Below are positions 59,295 to 64,000 of a stretch of DNA of 64,000 nt, in pieces; positions within the stretch are counted from its first letter, which is position 1, and the number at the start of each line of letters is the position of its first letter. Position numbers and translations under genes: made by a program. Below the pieces are notes generated by a model. It was not told the origin of the DNA. It made no database searches and saw only the letters and a list, made by a program, of their open reading frames with translations. The stretch spans positions 128,001 through 192,000 of the forward strand of contig JAOPTW010000006.1 of NCBI GenBank assembly GCA_051532035.1, given 5' to 3'. This DNA is from Fibrobacterales bacterium (GTDB lineage: Bacteria; Fibrobacterota; Fibrobacteria; Fibrobacterales; JAOPTW01).

Positions 59295-59357
59295 AAATTT
59301 TCTATTGTCCAAACTGATCATCTCATTTTCATTTATTCGATAACCAATGAACCGAAA

Positions 59358-59744
59358 TTATAACGTGCGATTCAATTGTTTTTCAATTTTCTCGAGTAAG
59401 GATTTAATCACAATAGGCTTAGTCTCAAAGTCGTCACACCCTGCATTCATCGCTTTTTGCCTATCCGATTCCTGGGCATATGCAGTAAGAGCCACAATAG
59501 GAGTTGCACCGACTTCACTATGCTCTCGAATAGTCTTTGTCGCTTCATACCCATCAATTTCAGGGAGGCCTAAATCCATTAAGATAAGGTCGGGCTTTTC
59601 GGATATAGCCAAATCAATCGCTTCACGCCCGTTAAATGCAGGAACTACATCATAGCCCTTTCGAGTAAGTCTGCGTTGCAGCATCTCACTATTAATTTTA
59701 ACATCCTCGACTAATAATATCTTAGCCAAACTAACCTCGTCCAT
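59358..59744 (-). CDS. Single-domain response regulator (DivK-like)
   Basis: ILLVED, LILMDLGLPEIDG, ALTA, TKP. Confidence 0.9.
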   Translation of the reverse strand: MDEVSLAKILLVEDVKINSEMLQRRLTRKGYDVVPAFNGREAIDLAISEKPDLILMDLGLPEIDGYEATKTIREHSEVGATPIVALTAYAQESDRQKAMNAGCDDFETKPIVIKSLLEKIEKQLNRTL

Positions 59745-59921
59745 TAGATTTGTTCTTACTTCTAATACTACAACTAATCCCCATTAATTGCACCGTTTTT
59801 TTCGGAATCAATAATCCCATTCATTTTCACTTTTTGCTCTTAAAATTCTCGCAATTTCTGCCGTTATTCGATATACTCTAAGCAAGTATTGTAGGCGTGA
59901 ATACCATTGAATTGGCTCTCT

Positions 59922-60356
59922 ATGAAACAACTTTTATATAAAAATGTAAAACTCATTCTCCTAGTCATACTAGTCATAGGGTCAGCCTTTGGCTCAGGTG
60001 AAGATATTATTCTCGTTGTATCTAAAGAAAGTACAGTGGACTCAGTATCAGAATCAGAAATAAAAAAACTTTACTTTGGCAAACAAGCATTACTCAATAC
60101 TCAATTCACTACGCCTACTATTTTAAAAATTAAATCGACTCATAAAAAATTCCTCGATACCTTCCTTAAAATAAACACGCGACAGTTTGCACGCATTTGG
60201 CAAAAACTTGTATTCACTGGCAAAGCACAAATGCCTAAACAGTATACATCAGAGAGCGGTCTTATTGAAATGCTCCAAGAAAACCCCAATAAAGTTGGAT
60301 ACATTCAAAGGAAAAACATCACCGAAACCATAAAGGAATTAGAGGTGACTCCATGA
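59922..60356 (+). CDS. Small periplasmic PBP-like protein (PstS-annotation family), copy 1
   Basis: Signal peptide; DIILVVSK, EIKKLYFGK, W.KLVFTGKA.MP, NPNKVGYI. Confidence 0.78.
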   Translation: MKQLLYKNVKLILLVILVIGSAFGSGEDIILVVSKESTVDSVSESEIKKLYFGKQALLNTQFTTPTILKIKSTHKKFLDTFLKINTRQFARIWQKLVFTGKAQMPKQYTSESGLIEMLQENPNKVGYIQRKNITETIKELEVTP

Positions 60357-61684
60357 ACTATTTTTACTCTCTCCTATTCGTAATATCGTGTACAAGTTCA
60401 CTCTATTCAAAAGGACTTGCTATTCATGGAAGTATATCACAAAGCTATATACACTCAATTGATAATAATTTTGTGTTTTTCGGGTCTGAAGGTGGATCAC
60501 TTAATTACTCTGAAGCGTACATCAATTTTACACAACAATTTGATGGGCGCCTACACTTTGGAATACAGCTTGCTGCACGAAGCTTTGGCACCGAAGAGAA
60601 ATTTGAACCAAAGGTTGATTGGGCTTATGGCGACTACCGGCTTCATGAGCTATTAGGTATTCAAATAGGAAGTATTAAGGTCCCTTTTGGCATTTATAAT
60701 GAGGTACGAGATATAGACTTTGCCCGCCCAAATATTTTACTCGACCAAGGTATCTACCCTGAAAGCTTTAGAATGGCACTTGATTCATACACAGGAGGCT
60801 CACTCTACGGTTCCCTAGAATTCTCACCCTGTATATTTGATTATCGCATCTACTTCGGGGCTACAGACATACCTGACAACTATACCAGTGTTCAGACAGT
60901 AAAAAATCTCTATAACTCCCCTAACACTTCAATTAGTGATGCATATATGGGGGGTTCTCATTCACAACTCTTAATTGGCGACCACCTTTCTCTTGGTCAC
61001 ACCTACCTCTTTCTCCAGGCCTACGATGATTTAGAATCAGAAAATCTTGGTAGTAATTTTAGTCAAATAGAGTCTGTCAATCCCGAGGAAGCAGGACTTA
61101 TACAAGCAACTCTCGATGGCCCTTTAAGCTACACCCCTCAGGCACACCGCTTTACGATGCAAGTAAATATTGCAAGTCTAGAGTTTCGTTTTGAAAAACT
61201 TACTCTTGCCGCAGAGTATGAATACTTCACCTTAAAAACCTTCGCATCTGATAAACTAAAAACAAAGATTATTGAAATTGGTCAACAAAGTCCTTTTATT
61301 CAATACAACCCACACAATCTAACACAAGACAAGATAGAAGCCATTCCGCATCAAGTCGCCGCACTTTTGATTAACAATGATGTGATTACCAAACAAGCCG
61401 GGTATCTCCACCTCTTTTATCAATGGCATGATCGCTTTGGCACCCATACAGGCATTGGGTATGTTACTCAAGAAAACACCAATAGTAACAACCCCGATCA
61501 AAATTTTAGAATTAGCGAACAATGGAGTTATGTCGCTGGTTCACATTTTTATATCACCGACAATTTTATGATTAAAGGCGAGTATCACTATTTTGATGGT
61601 GAGTACAGCTCGTATAGACCAGTAGGAAAAAATCCACAATCAGATGGACACCTTTTTATTGCACGTGGGTCCTATCTATTTTAA
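60353..61684 (+). CDS. Outer-membrane porin-like beta-barrel, copy 1
   Basis: Signal peptide; VDWAYGDYR, G.IKVPFGIYNE.RD; C-terminal KGEYHY...SYLF; ATGA overlap with the upstream gene. Confidence 0.78.
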   Translation: MNYFYSLLFVISCTSSLYSKGLAIHGSISQSYIHSIDNNFVFFGSEGGSLNYSEAYINFTQQFDGRLHFGIQLAARSFGTEEKFEPKVDWAYGDYRLHELLGIQIGSIKVPFGIYNEVRDIDFARPNILLDQGIYPESFRMALDSYTGGSLYGSLEFSPCIFDYRIYFGATDIPDNYTSVQTVKNLYNSPNTSISDAYMGGSHSQLLIGDHLSLGHTYLFLQAYDDLESENLGSNFSQIESVNPEEAGLIQATLDGPLSYTPQAHRFTMQVNIASLEFRFEKLTLAAEYEYFTLKTFASDKLKTKIIEIGQQSPFIQYNPHNLTQDKIEAIPHQVAALLINNDVITKQAGYLHLFYQWHDRFGTHTGIGYVTQENTNSNNPDQNFRISEQWSYVAGSHFYITDNFMIKGEYHYFDGEYSSYRPVGKNPQSDGHLFIARGSYLF

Positions 61685-61693
61685 GGAGATACT

Positions 61694-63067
61694 ATGAATC
61701 ATGGCAGAAAACTACTCATACTGCTACTAACAACCCTCTATATGTCAGGATGGTCAGATGATGAGAGCATTGAGATACATGGAGCTATTTCTCAGAGCTT
61801 TATATACTCTAAGAATAATCACTACATCTTTGAAGGTTCAAAAGGAGGTTCTCTTGATTTCTCCGAAGCCTATATAAACTTTTCAAAACAATTTGGAAGT
61901 GACCTTCGTGTAGGACTTCAAATTGCAGCACGCAACTTTGGAACCCAAGAGGACTTTAGCCCCAAACTCGACTGGGCCTATGGAGATTACCGTCTCCATA
62001 GAACCATCGGTGTCAGGTTGGGTAAAGTAAAACTCCCCTTTGGGATATATAATGAAGCACGAGACATTGATTTTGCAAAAGCCTCAATCATACTCGATCA
62101 AGGGATCTACCCAGAAAACTTTAGACTAGTCATAAACTCCTACTCGGGAGGAAGTCTCTATGGAACCTTTAACATAAACGAAAAGAACAATGCTGAACTT
62201 GATTATGAAGTCTATTATGGCACAACAAGTATTCCTGAGAATTATCGCAGTATCCAATTTACTAGACGCAATTTCAATTCGCCTACTACTGATATGAATA
62301 ATGTTACTCTTTGGGGAACCTCTGCGCAACTACGCCCCTTCGACAACCTCCTCCTTGGCCATTCCTTCATGCACAATACTACGCACCTCAGTATCAACAG
62401 TTCAACGTTAAAAGACTTGGACGAAACAGGCAGTGGCTTTTTTGACTTCCCTGTCCCCTTCATAGAGAAAGCAGTAAAATCAAAATACACTGCCCACGTA
62501 CTCAGTGCTGAGATGCGTATAAAAAGCTTCACCCTAATCAGTGAATATGAATCGAGCTCCTTACACTCTTCTAATACTAAGGAATTCTCTGATGCAGTAT
62601 ATAATGGAATTTCAGCAAACTTTGAAAACACCGCCTACAGAGATGCTATTCTTGAAAGTGTCGGAATACCTGTTGCGGGCCTAGACTCACTCACACTCGT
62701 TCAAAGGGCTGCGGGATTAGCTCGAACATTTACCGATGAATTCTCTGCACCAATTGTTGCTGATAAATCATCATGGTATATACAAGCACTCTATCAACTG
62801 ACTGATGACCTTGGACTGTTCACGGGGTATGGGTACACCACCCAGTCCAACAATGCAAACATTAAACGACTCCAAGAGGAACAGAATACTAGAAAAGCCA
62901 AACAAAAAGATTATTCAATCGGTGTCAACTACTATGTTAGTGACAACTTCCTATTAAAAGGAGAGTATCACTATATTGATGGACTCTATGGCGTATATAA
63001 TCCCATGACTGATATGATGATTGACGATGGTAACCTTTGGCTTGCTCGCGCATCCTATTCATTTTGA
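61694..63067 (+). CDS. Outer-membrane porin-like beta-barrel, copy 2
   Basis: Paralog of 60353-61684 (LDWAYGDYR, KLPFGIYNEARD, LDQGIYPE.FR, KGEYHY...SYSF); AAGGAG RBS. Confidence 0.78.
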   Translation: MNHGRKLLILLLTTLYMSGWSDDESIEIHGAISQSFIYSKNNHYIFEGSKGGSLDFSEAYINFSKQFGSDLRVGLQIAARNFGTQEDFSPKLDWAYGDYRLHRTIGVRLGKVKLPFGIYNEARDIDFAKASIILDQGIYPENFRLVINSYSGGSLYGTFNINEKNNAELDYEVYYGTTSIPENYRSIQFTRRNFNSPTTDMNNVTLWGTSAQLRPFDNLLLGHSFMHNTTHLSINSSTLKDLDETGSGFFDFPVPFIEKAVKSKYTAHVLSAEMRIKSFTLISEYESSSLHSSNTKEFSDAVYNGISANFENTAYRDAILESVGIPVAGLDSLTLVQRAAGLARTFTDEFSAPIVADKSSWYIQALYQLTDDLGLFTGYGYTTQSNNANIKRLQEEQNTRKAKQKDYSIGVNYYVSDNFLLKGEYHYIDGLYGVYNPMTDMMIDDGNLWLARASYSF

Positions 63068-63074
63068 GGCCACC

Positions 63075-63539
63075 ATGAATCATTACTCTTACACCCCACC
63101 CCAAAAGCCTTTTTCAAAATCACTATATAAAGTGATACTACTACTGCTGTTTTTCGTTACCACCACTATGAGTTTTGCCAATGATATCGTAATTGTCGTT
63201 TCTAAAAGCAGTACCCTCACAAGCATTCAAGTCAGTGACTTAAAAAAACTTTATATTGGAAAAAATACCACCATAGATAAAACTTTTACCTCACCAATTA
63301 TTCAAAAAAACAAAACTGAACACAAACTATTTTTAGAGAAATATTTACACATGAATACCCGTCAATTTGCTCGTACATGGCAAAAACTCGTATTTACCGG
63401 TAAAGCACAAATGCCTCAAAAAGCAAATTCCTCTAAAGAGTTAATTAAATACCTTACAGATAGTCCCCATAGTATTGGCTATATGCTTGAAAGTCGTGTC
63501 ACTCCTGAGGTCAAGATTGTACCTATAAATGGATTGTAA
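63075..63539 (+). CDS. Small periplasmic PBP-like protein, copy 2
   Basis: Paralog of 59922-60356 (DIVIVVSK, DLKKLYIGK, NTRQFARTWQKLVFTGKAQMP); GAGG RBS before ATG 63075. Confidence 0.78.
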   Translation: MNHYSYTPPQKPFSKSLYKVILLLLFFVTTTMSFANDIVIVVSKSSTLTSIQVSDLKKLYIGKNTTIDKTFTSPIIQKNKTEHKLFLEKYLHMNTRQFARTWQKLVFTGKAQMPQKANSSKELIKYLTDSPHSIGYMLESRVTPEVKIVPINGL

Positions 63540-63682
63540 GATGCGAACGCTCGTTTATATGAAACAAACTGAGATAAATTCTCATATTGAACTAACAAAA
63601 AATCTAAACCAAAAGATCAACTCACTATGATACGAATATTCTTTGCACTTTAATGCCGTACTCACCATAAAGTAACAACACT

Positions 63683-64000
63683 ATGACTCTACGTACCAAA
63701 TTTTTACTTGTTCTTATTCCTCTGCTAGTAGTTTCACTTTCAGCAGTAATCTTTGCAATCTATGGCAGCACCAATATTAAAATCAAAACAGGTTTCGTGA
63801 AGAATGACATTTTCCCTATCCTAAACAGAGCAGGTACTTTGAACGATTATATAAAGGCTACCAAATCTGGTTTTGTTGATGCTATTAATGGTGACGAATT
63901 TTTTGTTGATCAGATAACCCAAACCCAAAGTGCCTTTAATAAAGATATTGATACACTCTACAGTATCACCCAAGATTATGGACTCAAAGAAATTAAAATC
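63683..64000 (+). CDS. N-terminus of an inner-membrane sensor (chemoreceptor- or kinase-type); truncated by window edge
   Basis: Manual translation MTLRTKFLLVLIPLLVVSLSAVIFAIYG, then a helical periplasmic-looking region; frame open to the window end. Confidence 0.65.
   Translation, partial: MTLRTKFLLVLIPLLVVSLSAVIFAIYGSTNIKIKTGFVKNDIFPILNRAGTLNDYIKATKSGFVDAINGDEFFVDQITQTQSAFNKDIDTLYSITQDYGLKEIKI

Noticed and set aside
59922..63539. Reading the PBP-like genes as a pst phosphate uptake operon
   Set aside because: The proteins are about half the length of PstS and no pstCAB/phoU is visible.
63541..63630. 29-codon ORF MRTLVYMKQTEINSHIELTKNLNQKINSL between PBP copy 2 and the sensor
   Set aside because: Too short, no clear RBS or motif; cannot be supported.

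Overview
Bacterial chromosomal segment of roughly 40% GC (estimated by eye), densely coding, with no rRNA, tRNA, CRISPR array, transposase or prophage gene seen. The gene mix (Bacteroidota-like deaD/pyk/cobQ/NrtR, yggS-yggT-divIVA-yggU in a diderm, TSP3-repeat OmpA) suggests an FCB-group organism, possibly Fibrobacterota; this is inference. Housekeeping genes: sbcCD, SulP, deaD, topB, pyk, lon, hemH, lnt, rsmI, a UbiD-family gene and pyrF. A corrinoid salvage locus (cobU-S-C-Q, cobO, btuFCD) converges with a cobalamin-riboswitch-controlled btuB/btuG-like pair. Signalling genes are unusually abundant. (i) A membrane-bound Cache-HAMP-PAS-Hpt-HATPase CheA-like kinase without a CheW domain, divergent from an orphan membrane-tethered solute-binding protein. 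(ii) Four tandem REC-first hybrid kinases, one apparently a pseudokinase. (iii) A mirror-ordered PBP-porin-porin-PBP cassette ahead of a membrane sensor. (iv) A large receptor Ser/Thr kinase. I also found three small ORFs missing from the ORF track, a ~108-bp palindromic element and a candidate sRNA.
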